Shown: positions 19,375 through 28,639, counted from the stretch's first letter. The stretch: 64,000 nt of DNA from an uncultured Alphaproteobacteria bacterium (GCA_947630965.1 CANRJO010000002.1:5038-69037); one strand, 5' to 3'. A program made the numbers and translations. Notes: a model not told the origin generated them from the sequence alone.

Positions 19375-20124
19375 ATGGAAACACAACAACTTACGGATAT
19401 CATGACAAACACCGCTTCACAAATGTCTTTGTGGGATATGGTCTGGGCATCAGATACGGTCACAAAGCTTGTGATGATTGGGCTGATTGCTGCCTCGGTG
19501 TGGTCGTGGGCGATTATTTTTGAAAAGTTTGCCACTTTGCGCCATGTGCGTCGGCTTTCCAAAAATTTTGAGGAAGCCTTTTGGTCGGGTGGCTCGCTTG
19601 ATAAACTTTATGATAGCATCGGCTCCAAAGCGCGTGATCCGATGTCAGCCATGTTTATGGCGGCTATGAAAGAGTGGCGCCGCACGAATATTCTTAAATC
19701 TAAGACAGACCGCGGTTTACGTGGAGCATCGCTCCAACAGCGCGTGGAAAAAGCCATGTCTATTTCCATGGATAAAGAACTTGACGAGCTTGATCATCGT
19801 ATGGGCTTTTTGGCTTCCACCGGTTCTGTTGCCCCGCTTGTAGGGCTGTTCGGCACTGTCTGGGGCATTATCAACAGCTTTAACGCCATTGCCTTAACGC
19901 AAAGTAACTCGCTCTCAGCGATGGCGCCCGGTATTGCAGAGGCTCTTTTTACCACGGCTTTCGGGCTGATTGCCGCTATTCCCGCCGTTGTGGCTTATAA
20001 TATGATTACGTCTGAAATTGACCGCTATGCCAAACGACTCGAGAATTTCAGCGGCGAATTTTTGAGCATTCTTTCCCGCGAGCTTGACGATAACGCTATT
20101 AAAGCAGAACTTGCCGGAGAATAA
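19375..20124 (+). CDS. tolQ: Tol-Pal system protein TolQ (MotA/TolQ/ExbB family)
   Basis: Three TM helices and the conserved C-terminal region …APGIAEALFTTAFGLIAAIPAV…. Followed 3 bp later by a TolR/ExbD-type gene. Confidence 0.85.
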   Translation: METQQLTDIMTNTASQMSLWDMVWASDTVTKLVMIGLIAASVWSWAIIFEKFATLRHVRRLSKNFEEAFWSGGSLDKLYDSIGSKARDPMSAMFMAAMKEWRRTNILKSKTDRGLRGASLQQRVEKAMSISMDKELDELDHRMGFLASTGSVAPLVGLFGTVWGIINSFNAIALTQSNSLSAMAPGIAEALFTTAFGLIAAIPAVVAYNMITSEIDRYAKRLENFSGEFLSILSRELDDNAIKAELAGE

Positions 20125-20126
20125 TT

Positions 20127-20549
20127 ATGCGCAACACATCTTCCCGACGCCCGAATCGACGCAACGCCACAATTAACATCACAAACCTGATGGATGTGAT
20201 GATGGTTTTGCTCGTGGTGTTTATGGTTGCCGCGCCTTTGATGACTTCAGGCATTGCGCTTAATCTGCCGAAGGTGGGCGGAAAGTCGTTTGAAGGCAAG
20301 GAAACTTCCATTAACATCAGTGTGGATAAAGAAGGGCGCTATTACATCGGCAAAACAGAGGTGGAGCCTGATAAGATTATTGCCAAAGTTAAGGCTATCC
20401 GTGGTGAAAATAGTGAAGCCACCGTGACAATCTCGGGTGATACGGAATCGGCTTACGGGCGCGTGATTAACCTGATGGCGCTCTTAAAAGAAGCTGGTTT
20501 TGAAAAAGTGGGGCTCAAAACGGAACCTCGCCCACTGAACAAAGGATAA
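20127..20549 (+). CDS. tolR: Tol-Pal system protein TolR (ExbD/TolR family)
   Basis: INITNLMDVMMVLLVVFMV N-terminal TM. 140 aa. Confidence 0.85.
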   Translation: MRNTSSRRPNRRNATINITNLMDVMMVLLVVFMVAAPLMTSGIALNLPKVGGKSFEGKETSINISVDKEGRYYIGKTEVEPDKIIAKVKAIRGENSEATVTISGDTESAYGRVINLMALLKEAGFEKVGLKTEPRPLNKG

Positions 20550-20555
20550 CGCCCG

Positions 20556-21521
20556 TTGATGAAACCTTACCTTTACAGATCTATCGGTTTGCATATTGTG
20601 GTTTTTCTGCTGTTTGTGTTGGATTTGCCCTTTATGCACGCGCGCATGACCATTGGTCAGGCACCGATTATTGTTGATCTGAAAGATGTGAAACTCGCGG
20701 AAATGACCAACTTGCCGCCCAAAGCTGTGATTGGGGATGAAAATAAAAAAGCAACGGCGCCAAAGGAAAAAAAGCCTGAATTTACACACGAGGAAACCAA
20801 AAAGCCCGATACCCCGCCGCCGGCGCCTGAAATGAAAAAGGAAGATAAAGCCGACTATGTGAAAGAAGTAAAACCTGAGCCCGCGCCAACGCCTCAACCC
20901 AAGCCAAAGCCCAAACCTGAGCCGAAGCCCAAACCGAAGCCGCAGGAAAAACCAAAACCTCAAGCACCCACGAAGCCTAAGGAACAGCCCAAGCCTAAAG
21001 CTAAAGCGCAACCCAAGCAAGCTTCGAACAATACGGTTGCTAATCCGCTTAAGAGCTTAATGGATTCCGTTTCCGCCATGGAAAAAGAGATCGGCGAGGA
21101 GGCACCTGCCGTGATTAAAGAAGGCACACCTGTTGCTAATATGGGCATTGAGGGTGGTCGCGAGGGATCGTATTTTAGCGAGCTAACCATTTCTGAAACG
21201 GATGCCATTGCGGGGCGTTTAAGAGAATGTTGGAATTTGGATCCCGGCGCGCGTGGTATTGAAAATATGGTGGTTGAAATTCGCGCCACGCTGAACCGTG
21301 ACGGCTCTTTGAAAGATGTGAAGATTTTGGACACCGCGCGTTATAATGCCGATCCACATTTCCGCGCCATTGCCGAAAGCGCCCGCCGCGCCGTGTGGAG
21401 TTGCGCCAACAAAGACAATGTGAATATCTATAAGCTCTTCCCTGAAAAGTATGCCGATAAATACAGTTTGTGGCAAACGCTTTTGTTGCGCTTTAATCCG
21501 ATGGATGCCAGCATCCAATAA
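20556..21521 (+). CDS. tolA: TolA-like protein with a Pro/Lys-rich periodic linker
   Basis: N-terminal TM, then a long PKPKPEPKPKPKPQEKPKP-type linker and a C-terminal globular domain. It occupies the position of tolA after tolQR. Confidence 0.6.
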   Translation: MMKPYLYRSIGLHIVVFLLFVLDLPFMHARMTIGQAPIIVDLKDVKLAEMTNLPPKAVIGDENKKATAPKEKKPEFTHEETKKPDTPPPAPEMKKEDKADYVKEVKPEPAPTPQPKPKPKPEPKPKPKPQEKPKPQAPTKPKEQPKPKAKAQPKQASNNTVANPLKSLMDSVSAMEKEIGEEAPAVIKEGTPVANMGIEGGREGSYFSELTISETDAIAGRLRECWNLDPGARGIENMVVEIRATLNRDGSLKDVKILDTARYNADPHFRAIAESARRAVWSCANKDNVNIYKLFPEKYADKYSLWQTLLLRFNPMDASIQ

Positions 21522-21523
21522 AC

Positions 21524-22693
21524 TTATTTTTTGAGTTCAATGATGATATCGCGTTTTTTCGTGTCGTAGCACAAAACCGCCTTGCCTTTTCTGAAAGCCA
21601 AAGCATATTTGCCAAACATTTCATAACGCCAACCTTGAAGTGCGGGGTTTTCTTTGTCGTTATTTCCACAGGCAATTTGGCGCAAATCCTGCTCGGAAGC
21701 CACAAGCCGCGCCACAACGCCCTCTTGCTCGCTCCTGATTTTTAAAACCATACGCAAAACTTCCATTAAAGCGGCAGCTGTTGAAGGAACAACAAATTGC
21801 TTCTCACGTTCAATTTTGCGTAAATCGTTATTTAAGGGCTCGGCAAGTGCTTTTTGCACTGCCTCAACAATCTCAACACCGAGTTTGCCTTTGGCAATGT
21901 CAGAACGCATGTTGCGTACTTTCGCAAGCTCTTCAATGCTCTGCGGTGCCGCGGCGGCAATGTTTATTAAAATCTCATCTTTGATAAGTGTTCGACGCGG
22001 CAGGTTATGTTTCATGGCTCTTAATTCGCGCCATGTCGCCAACGCTTTCAGTACCGCCAAAAACTTGGGGCTATGCGCCGTATGATGTATTTTTTGCCAA
22101 GCATTCTCCGGATCGGGCTTGTACAAAGCCTCATTGCAAAGCGCGGCGGTTTCTTCTTTTATCCAACTCTCGCGCTTGTGCGTTTTAAGATAATCCGCCA
22201 AATATTGATAACACGGAATTAAAAATGTGACATCACGGAGCGCGTATTCCAGTTGCGTTTTATCAAGCGGGCGCTTGCTCCAATCCGTTAACCTGCTTGA
22301 TTTATCAAGCTCAGTCTGCGTTATCGCGCGAACCAAGCCATCATAACTGATTGATGCGCCAAAACCTGCCACCATGGCGGCAATCTGCGTATCAAAGACA
22401 GGGGTTGGAATTTTGCCGCTGATGTTATAAAAAATCTCAATATCTTGCCGCCCCGAATGCAAAACTTTTAAGATTTTTTTGTTTTGCATAATTTCTAAGA
22501 AAGGTCCTAAATCTAGCCCTTGCGCCAAAGGGTCAACAATGGCAGCATCGTCTAACCAACCCACTTGCAAAAGGCAAAGTAACGGATAATAGCTTTTTTC
22601 GCGGACAAACTCGGTATCTACCGTTATAAATTTTTGCTTTTTCAGCTCGCGGCAAAGCGCTTCTAAATCTTCGGTATTTTCAATTATTCTCAT
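21524..22693 (-). CDS. rnd: Ribonuclease D
   Basis: DEDDy 3'-5' exonuclease motifs (ITVDTEFVRE…, …YALRDV…) and an HRDC region. 389 aa. Confidence 0.8.
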   Translation of the reverse strand: MRIIENTEDLEALCRELKKQKFITVDTEFVREKSYYPLLCLLQVGWLDDAAIVDPLAQGLDLGPFLEIMQNKKILKVLHSGRQDIEIFYNISGKIPTPVFDTQIAAMVAGFGASISYDGLVRAITQTELDKSSRLTDWSKRPLDKTQLEYALRDVTFLIPCYQYLADYLKTHKRESWIKEETAALCNEALYKPDPENAWQKIHHTAHSPKFLAVLKALATWRELRAMKHNLPRRTLIKDEILINIAAAAPQSIEELAKVRNMRSDIAKGKLGVEIVEAVQKALAEPLNNDLRKIEREKQFVVPSTAAALMEVLRMVLKIRSEQEGVVARLVASEQDLRQIACGNNDKENPALQGWRYEMFGKYALAFRKGKAVLCYDTKKRDIIIELKK

Positions 22694-22812
22694 TTTCTTT
22701 TCCTAAAATGGGATTTTAAGGGGGATTACTTAATATTTTTTTAATTTTGTGTTGCTTTTTCGTGAAAGTGATTCTAAAACTAAACCAGATTAAAAAATAA
22801 AAAGAGGAAATT

Positions 22813-24579
22813 ATGAAAGAATATCGGACTCATACCTGCGGCGAACTCCGCAACACCCATATCGGGCAAAAAGTTAAGCTCGCCGGCTGGATTCATCGCA
22901 AACGCAACCTGGGTAATTTGTGCTTTGTGGACTTGCGCGATCATTACGGCATAACACAATGCGTTGTGGATTCATCGTCCGATTTGTTTGAAAAAATTGA
23001 AAATACGCGCGTGGAAAGCGTGGTTGGCTTTGAGGGCGAAGTTGTGGCGCGTGAAAGCGTTAATAAAAATATGCCAACCGGCGATATTGAAATTAAGGTT
23101 TCAAGCATGGTGGTTTATTCCGAGGCCGATGTTTTGCCGATTCAGGTTTTTGGCGAAGATGACTCTCCTGAAGAATTGCGCTTGAAATATCGGTTTTTGG
23201 ATTTGCGCAAAGAGCGGATTCATAACAACATCAAACTCCGCTCGCAAGTAATTGCCGAAATGCGCCGCTTGATGACCGAGCAAGGCTTTACAGAATATCA
23301 AACCCCTATTTTGACCGCGTCATCGCCCGAGGGCGCGCGCGACTTTTTGGTGCCTTCGCGGATTAATCCGGGGCGGTTTTATGCCTTGCCCCAAGCGCCA
23401 CAACAGTTCAAGCAACTTTTAATGGTTTCGGGCTTTGATAAATATTTTCAAATTGCGCCGTGTTTCCGTGATGAAGATCCGCGCGCCGACCGTAGCCCTG
23501 GCGAATTTTATCAGCTTGATATGGAAATGTCTTTTGCCACGCAAGAAGATGTCTTTGGCGTGATTGAACATACCATGGGTGGCATTTTTAACAAATTCGC
23601 CAATGGTAAAACCGTTTCGCAAGCACCTTGGGTTCGCATTCCGTTTAGAGAGGCGATGCTTAAATATGGCTCTGATAAGCCTGACTTGCGCAACCCGCTC
23701 ATCATTCAAGACGCAACAGACTTTTTTCACAATTCCGGCTTTGGGCTTTATGATTCCAAAGTCCAAAATGATGAAAAAATTCGCGCTATTGTCGCACCTC
23801 AAGCCGGCGATAAGCCGCGCTCGTTCTTTGATAAAATGGACGGCTTTGCTAAAGAAGAAAATATGGGCGGCGTGGCGTATGTGGCATTTTCTGCCGCAGG
23901 CGCCAAAGGTATTGCCAAATTTTTGAGCGCCGAAAAGCTTGATGAACTTAAGCAAAAATTCGGCGTTGCCGAAGGCGATGCTATTCTTTTTGTTGGCGGA
24001 AAAGAAAAGGTTTTGAATAAATTTGCCGGCAAACTCCGCAATAAATTGGGCGAAGAGCTTGGCTTGTTTGATTATAACACATTCAAAATTTGCTGGATTG
24101 TTGATTTCCCGATGTATGAGGAAAATGAAGAAACCGGCAAGGTGGAATTTTCACATAATCCGTTTTCTATGCCCCAAGGCGGTATGGATGCTCTGCAAAA
24201 CAAAAATCCGCTTGATATTTTGGCTTATCAGTATGATATGGTTTGTAACGGCGTGGAGCTTGCCTCGGGCGCGGTGCGTAATCATAAGCCCGAAATTATG
24301 TATAAGGCGTTTGAAATTGCCGGTTATGATCACTCGGTTGTTGATTCTAAATTCGGCGGTATGATTAATGCTTTTAAATATGGCGCGCCACCGCACGCAG
24401 GAGCGGCGCCAGGGGTTGACCGTACAGTGATGTTGCTCCTTGATGAGCCAATTATTCGTGATGTGATTATCTTTCCGCTAAACGGCAAAGCGCAAGACTT
24501 GTTGATGCAGGCGCCGAATGTGGTGACGGAGGAGCAGCTTGCAGAACTCCATATTGCTATCGTAAAGAAAGACGTATAG
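22813..24579 (+). CDS. aspS: Aspartate--tRNA ligase
   Basis: Class II aaRS motifs (…[24 protein letters not shown]…, …GGMDAL…, …[14 protein letters not shown]). 588 aa. An AGAGGAA RBS lies upstream. Confidence 0.95.
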   Translation: MKEYRTHTCGELRNTHIGQKVKLAGWIHRKRNLGNLCFVDLRDHYGITQCVVDSSSDLFEKIENTRVESVVGFEGEVVARESVNKNMPTGDIEIKVSSMVVYSEADVLPIQVFGEDDSPEELRLKYRFLDLRKERIHNNIKLRSQVIAEMRRLMTEQGFTEYQTPILTASSPEGARDFLVPSRINPGRFYALPQAPQQFKQLLMVSGFDKYFQIAPCFRDEDPRADRSPGEFYQLDMEMSFATQEDVFGVIEHTMGGIFNKFANGKTVSQAPWVRIPFREAMLKYGSDKPDLRNPLIIQDATDFFHNSGFGLYDSKVQNDEKIRAIVAPQAGDKPRSFFDKMDGFAKEENMGGVAYVAFSAAGAKGIAKFLSAEKLDELKQKFGVAEGDAILFVGGKEKVLNKFAGKLRNKLGEELGLFDYNTFKICWIVDFPMYEENEETGKVEFSHNPFSMPQGGMDALQNKNPLDILAYQYDMVCNGVELASGAVRNHKPEIMYKAFEIAGYDHSVVDSKFGGMINAFKYGAPPHAGAAPGVDRTVMLLLDEPIIRDVIIFPLNGKAQDLLMQAPNVVTEEQLAELHIAIVKKDV

Positions 24580-24595
24580 CTGGCAGGGGAATGCG

Positions 24596-24900
24596 TCTAA
24601 TGGACGATTCATCGTTCAAAAAGAGGATTTGAAATTCACGTACGCTTAAGGTCTTACTCGTAAGGGTTGCCAGAAATGGCAACCCTAACTCGTTTCGGTC
24701 ACTTGCTTTGTAAAAGTTGTATCGGTCGTTATCACTTCCTCACAACTTTAACAAAGCTACGCCGCTTGTGGTAAAAACAACCCGTCGGGGTTGTTTTTAT
24801 CCTCGCGCGCTAAAATTCCAAATCCTCTTTTCTCACTTCTACTCGCCTCATTATCCGCATTCCCGCGGACTATGAAAAAAAATAAGAATTAGTTTTTTAT
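24596..24900. repeat. Repeat element C (~300 bp); second copy at 43255-43560
   Basis: Long stretches near-identical to 43255-43560, for example ctaactcgtttcggtcacttgctttgtaaaa… and ttaacaaagctacgccgcttgtggtaaaaacaacccgt.ggggttgtttttatcctcgcg.gctaaaattccaaatcctcttttctcacttctactcgcctcattatccgc. Both copies lie directly after the stop of a +-strand gene (aspS, fabG). Confidence 0.8.
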
Positions 24901-25362
24901 CCTCATTCCCAAGGACTATGAAATAGCCTACTGACGTCATTCTGACGACCGTAGGGAGGAAGAATCCAGGTGGAAATAAATTCATCCTTATTGTCATGCT
25001 GAATTCGTTTCAGCATCTTCCTTATGAGATCCCGAAACAAGTTCGGGATGACATTTTGATTTCTTTTTTCCTGGATCCTTCACTGCGTTCAGGATGATGT
25101 TGTGTGCCTGTTGGCGTCTTGGAAGCAACTTCACGCGTGATGTCATAAAAAAATACTTGCAAAAATCAGATTTTTATTTAACATAAACCCTGCCGTCGTT
25201 GGGCGGTGGTGTTCACAAAACATCTTTACCAACTAAACTCCTTGTTAAGGGGAGTTTCCGATATAAGGCTTTTGCTCGAATAAGGAAAACTGACAGTTGG
25301 CAGTTTTGTGGCTCCCCACCTTTTTTATAAAGGTGGTTTTCTTTAACCTCAAGGAGCTGAAA

Positions 25363-25614
25363 ATGAAAATAAAAAACAAAGATCTGACACTTTACATCAA
25401 AAAAACAATGATGACGCTTTTTCGTGAAGAACGTATTAAAAGGGGCGAAACTCTGGAACAAACGGCGCGTAAAATCAACATTCCGCTTTATGAACTTGAT
25501 TTCTTGGAATGCGGAAGAGGCTGTATTTCTTGGAAAAAAATGATTGATTATTTAGAAATGTACAATAAAACGCTTAAAATTACTTTAGAAGACGACCCCG
25601 ATGAAAGTAGCTAA
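25363..25614 (+). CDS. Small HTH-like protein (putative XRE-type regulator), copy 1
   Basis: Start reassigned to the internal ATG at 25363, preceded by AAGGAG with 7-nt spacing. The segment LFREERIKRGETLEQTARKINIPLYELDFLECG resembles an XRE helix-turn-helix. Confidence 0.5.
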   Translation: MKIKNKDLTLYIKKTMMTLFREERIKRGETLEQTARKINIPLYELDFLECGRGCISWKKMIDYLEMYNKTLKITLEDDPDESS

Positions 25615-25915
25615 TTTGTTGCCCTGGATCCTTCACTGCGTTCAGGATGACGGACGGAGAGGGTTGCCACCATAGCAAGCTAACAATCGCGTGATGTCAT
25701 AAAAAAATACTTGCAAAAATCAGATTTTTATTTAACATAATCTCTGCCGTCGTTGGGCGGTGGTGTTCACAAAACACTTTTCTAGTAAACTCCTTAAATA
25801 AGGGGAGTTTCCGATATAAGGCTTTTGCTCGAATAAGGAAGACTGATTACTAGCAGTTTTGTGGCTCCCCACCTTTTTTATAAAGGTGGTTTTCTTTAAC
25901 CTCAAGGAGCTGAAA

Positions 25916-26176
25916 ATGAAATTAAAAAACAAAGATCTGACACTTTACATCAAAAAAACAATCATGATGCTTTTTCGTGAAGAACGCCTCAAAAGGGGCG
26001 AAACTCTGGAACAAACGGCACGCAAAATTGATATTCCGCTTTATGAACTTGATTTCTTGGAATGTGGGAAAAATTGCCTTTCTTGGCGCAAAATGATTGA
26101 TTATCTAGAGATGTACAATAAAACGCTTAAAATTACTTTAGAAGACGACCCCGATGAAAGTACCAACGACTTTTGA
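25916..26176 (+). CDS. Small HTH-like protein (putative XRE-type regulator), copy 2 (paralog of 25363-25614)
   Basis: Same RBS and start context at 25916. About 85% identical to copy 1. Followed by a hairpin terminator. Confidence 0.5.
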   Translation: MKLKNKDLTLYIKKTIMMLFREERLKRGETLEQTARKIDIPLYELDFLECGKNCLSWRKMIDYLEMYNKTLKITLEDDPDESTNDF

Positions 26177-26183
26177 ATAGAAA

Positions 26184-26217
26184 AGGCGTCTAGCAGACAC
26201 CTAGACGCCTTTTCTTC
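26184..26217 (+). terminator. Rho-independent terminator after the second HTH gene
   Basis: Hairpin aggcgtctag-cagacac-ctagacgcct followed by tttcttc. Confidence 0.6.
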
Positions 26218-26234
26218 AGGTTAAAAAAAACGGA

Positions 26235-26591
26235 TTATTCAACTGCAGGACTTCCATCAGCTTGATATACCGTTGTTATATCATCTTCTGTTGTTAGCAT
26301 GTAGCTGCCGTCAGCATATACATCGCAACACTTCAGGTTATCCGCAACCAACGAGCCATCCTCCCGATATAACGCCACGCGATCCGTTGCTTCCAACTTA
26401 TACCAACCGTTGGCATAAACATGTTTTTTAAAAAACTTGTCTATCAGAAGTGTTCCGTCAGGCCGATACATAGACCAACCATCCTCGGTTTCCAACATGT
26501 AGTAACCATTTTCAAAAATGTACTTTTGCTTAAATAACAAGTTGAAAAGCTCGCGCAAGTACCATCCGATTTGTTTTAAAATAGTTTTCAT
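26235..26591 (-). CDS. NGWY-repeat protein (three 33-aa repeats), member 1 of a tandem paralog array
   Basis: N-terminus MKTILKQIGWYLREL…. Repeats of the form C.V(Y/F).NGWY.L.T..G.ALYR.D.SLVAD.L. No signal peptide. Confidence 0.5.
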   Translation of the reverse strand: MKTILKQIGWYLRELFNLLFKQKYIFENGYYMLETEDGWSMYRPDGTLLIDKFFKKHVYANGWYKLEATDRVALYREDGSLVADNLKCCDVYADGSYMLTTEDDITTVYQADGSPAVE

Positions 26592-26662
26592 AATTATTAT
26601 TTTTTAAGGATTAAACAAAATAATTTTTTTCTAAAGAATATATTATTTTCTTTTTAGAAAGA

Positions 26663-26705
26663 AATCAACAAAAAACCTCCGAATACACCAAGTATTCAGA
26701 GGTTT
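26663..26705 (-). terminator. Rho-independent terminator downstream of the 251-aa NGWY-repeat gene
   Basis: Minus-strand sense: cctctgaatacttggtgtattcggagg followed by ttttttg. Confidence 0.6.
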
Positions 26706-26720
26706 TTGTTTTAAAAACGC

Positions 26721-27476
26721 TTACTCCATTATTAAAAATAAGGAACCATCATCCCGATAAAATGCCGTGCCGTCCGCCGTTGTGACTACAGACAAGCCTT
26801 TGCGCTGAATATGGCAATTTTGTATTTTATCAGCAATCAAGGCCTCATCAGCACCATACAAAGCTCTGTTCTCCGGCGATTCTAGAAGGTACCAACCGTT
26901 TTTGTAAACAAAGCAAAACAACAAATTATCAGCAACTAACGACTCATCTTTCCGATACAAAGCCATACCTTCTTTTGACTTTAATTGATACCAACCGTTC
27001 AAATAAACATCGCAATGCTTGAGTTTATCCGCAACCAAACTTCCGTCTGCGCGGTACAAAGTCGTGCCTTTCTTTGTTTGCAGAAAATACCACCCGTTAT
27101 GAAAAACATGGCAATCTTCCAAATGATCAGCAACCAAAGACTCATCAGCTTGATACAATGCAAAAGATTTATCTGTTTTCAGTTTATACCAACCGTTGTC
27201 AAAAACTTGGCACTTTTTCAGTTTATCGGCAACAAGCGAATCATCGGCGCGATATAATGCGGTTCCGTTTGCCGTTTCTAACGCATACCAACTGTTTGGA
27301 TAAACGTCACAATCTTTTAACTGATTGGCAACCAAGGAGCCGTTTTTGCGGTATAAAGCATTGCCACAAGCCGAGCGCAACATGTACCAACCGTTATCAA
27401 AAATGTACCTGTGTTTCAAACATACGTGGTAAAACTTACGTAAGCGCCACTGAATTTTTTTCAAAATAGTCTTCAT
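26721..27476 (-). CDS. NGWY-repeat protein (about seven 33-aa repeats), member 2
   Basis: MKTILKKIQWRLRKF… followed by about seven tandem 33-residue repeats, each with a single Cys, NGWY, ALYRADxSLVAD. Confidence 0.55.
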   Translation of the reverse strand: MKTILKKIQWRLRKFYHVCLKHRYIFDNGWYMLRSACGNALYRKNGSLVANQLKDCDVYPNSWYALETANGTALYRADDSLVADKLKKCQVFDNGWYKLKTDKSFALYQADESLVADHLEDCHVFHNGWYFLQTKKGTTLYRADGSLVADKLKHCDVYLNGWYQLKSKEGMALYRKDESLVADNLLFCFVYKNGWYLLESPENRALYGADEALIADKIQNCHIQRKGLSVVTTADGTAFYRDDGSLFLIME

Positions 27477-27616
27477 AATTATTATTTTTTAGGATTAAAC
27501 AAAATAATTTTTTTCTAAACAATATATTATCTTATTTTTAGAAAAAATCAATAAAAAAGCGTCTTCGAATAAAAAAACTCCGGATACCGATGTAACCGAA
27601 GTTTTAAGCTTTTGCG

Positions 27617-28177
27617 CTAATAATCTCTTTCTAACAACATGCCGTCAGATCGGTATAAAGCACGACCTTTTTTCGTTCTTACTTCATACTTTCCGTCAGC
27701 GTAAACATCGCACCACTTTAGTTTATTGGCAACAAGCGATTCATCAGCGCGGTATAATGCAATTCCGTTTGCCGTTTCTAATGCATACCAACCGTTGTCA
27801 TAAACATTGCACCAATTCAACTTATCAGCCACAAGCGATTCATCGGCGCGGTATAATGCGGCTCCGTTTGGCGTTCCCAACTCATACCAATTGTTGTCAA
27901 AAAGATTGCACCAGTTCAAATTATCAGCAACAAGCGAATCATCGGCGCGGTATAATGCGGTTCCATTTTTCGTTCCCAACTCATACCAATTGTTAATCCA
28001 AATATAGCAATAAGTCAATTTATCCGCAACCAAACTTCCGTCAGATCGGTATAAAGCCGTTCCGTTTGGCGTTCTTATAAAATACCACCCATTTTCAAAA
28101 ACATACCTGTCCTTTAAAAAATAGTCATGATAAAGCTTGCGCAAATGCTGCTTAATCTTTTTCAAAATAGTTTTCAT
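27617..28177 (-). CDS. NGWY-repeat protein (about five repeats), member 3
   Basis: Start reassigned to the conserved MKTILKKIKQHLRKL. The ORF track begins 8 codons earlier. The upstream leader is conserved with members 1 and 2. Confidence 0.5.
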   Translation of the reverse strand: MKTILKKIKQHLRKLYHDYFLKDRYVFENGWYFIRTPNGTALYRSDGSLVADKLTYCYIWINNWYELGTKNGTALYRADDSLVADNLNWCNLFDNNWYELGTPNGAALYRADESLVADKLNWCNVYDNGWYALETANGIALYRADESLVANKLKWCDVYADGKYEVRTKKGRALYRSDGMLLERDY

Positions 28178-28385
28178 AATTTTTATTTTTTTAATAATCA
28201 TACAAAATAATTTTCTTTCGGGGCGGATGTTAGCATCTTTTTTATGGAAATCAACAAAAAAATCCCAAGCAATACTAAAATGCAGCTCTTGGAATAAAGC
28301 TGTTACGTATTTATTGACTTATTTGGGCATATTTGGTAACATTTGAAAAAGCATTGTTCATATTGGCTTTATAAAATTATTCAGA

Positions 28386-28625
28386 ATGCCTAAATTTTAT
28401 TCTCCGGGAATGGTAACCGCCGAAATTCAATTTATGGTTAGTGTTTTATTTTATGCTTATCTCGCAAAACACCACATGGCAACAGGTTTGGAATATGTGC
28501 TTGGGGCATTGTTCATGATTATAGCATTTATGATGATGCAAAAGTCTTTAGTAAAAATCATTGGAATAAAGAGTTATTTTGAAGTTCCGAAAATGGTTTT
28601 AAAAAGAATAAAAAGCAAATCCTAA
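28386..28625 (+). CDS. Possible small membrane protein (79 aa)
   Basis: Two hydrophobic helices. No RBS evident and AT-rich surroundings, so it may be spurious. Confidence 0.2.
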   Translation: MPKFYSPGMVTAEIQFMVSVLFYAYLAKHHMATGLEYVLGALFMIIAFMMMQKSLVKIIGIKSYFEVPKMVLKRIKSKS

Positions 28626-28639
28626 CTGCTTGAGATTAT

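Larger units (their letters stand above)
25139..26230. repeat. Tandem duplication of a ~552-bp unit, each copy carrying a small HTH-like gene plus a ~220-nt conserved leader
   Basis: 25141-25380 and 25693-25932 are near-identical (tgatgtcataaaaaaatacttgcaaaaatcagatttttatttaacataa…). The coding parts are also near-identical. Confidence 0.85.

Noticed and set aside
20484-21020. 178-aa Arg/Leu/Phe-rich ORF antisense to tolA
   Set aside because: It is the reverse-frame translation of the Pro/Lys codon repeats (CCn/AAR giving GGn/YTT), lacks an RBS, and is fully contained in a well-supported gene.
28386-28625. 79-aa hydrophobic ORF between the NGWY array and rpoA
   Set aside because: Not rejected outright and kept as a low-confidence feature. 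It has no RBS, lies in an AT-rich intergenic stretch, and cannot be supported beyond hydrophobicity.
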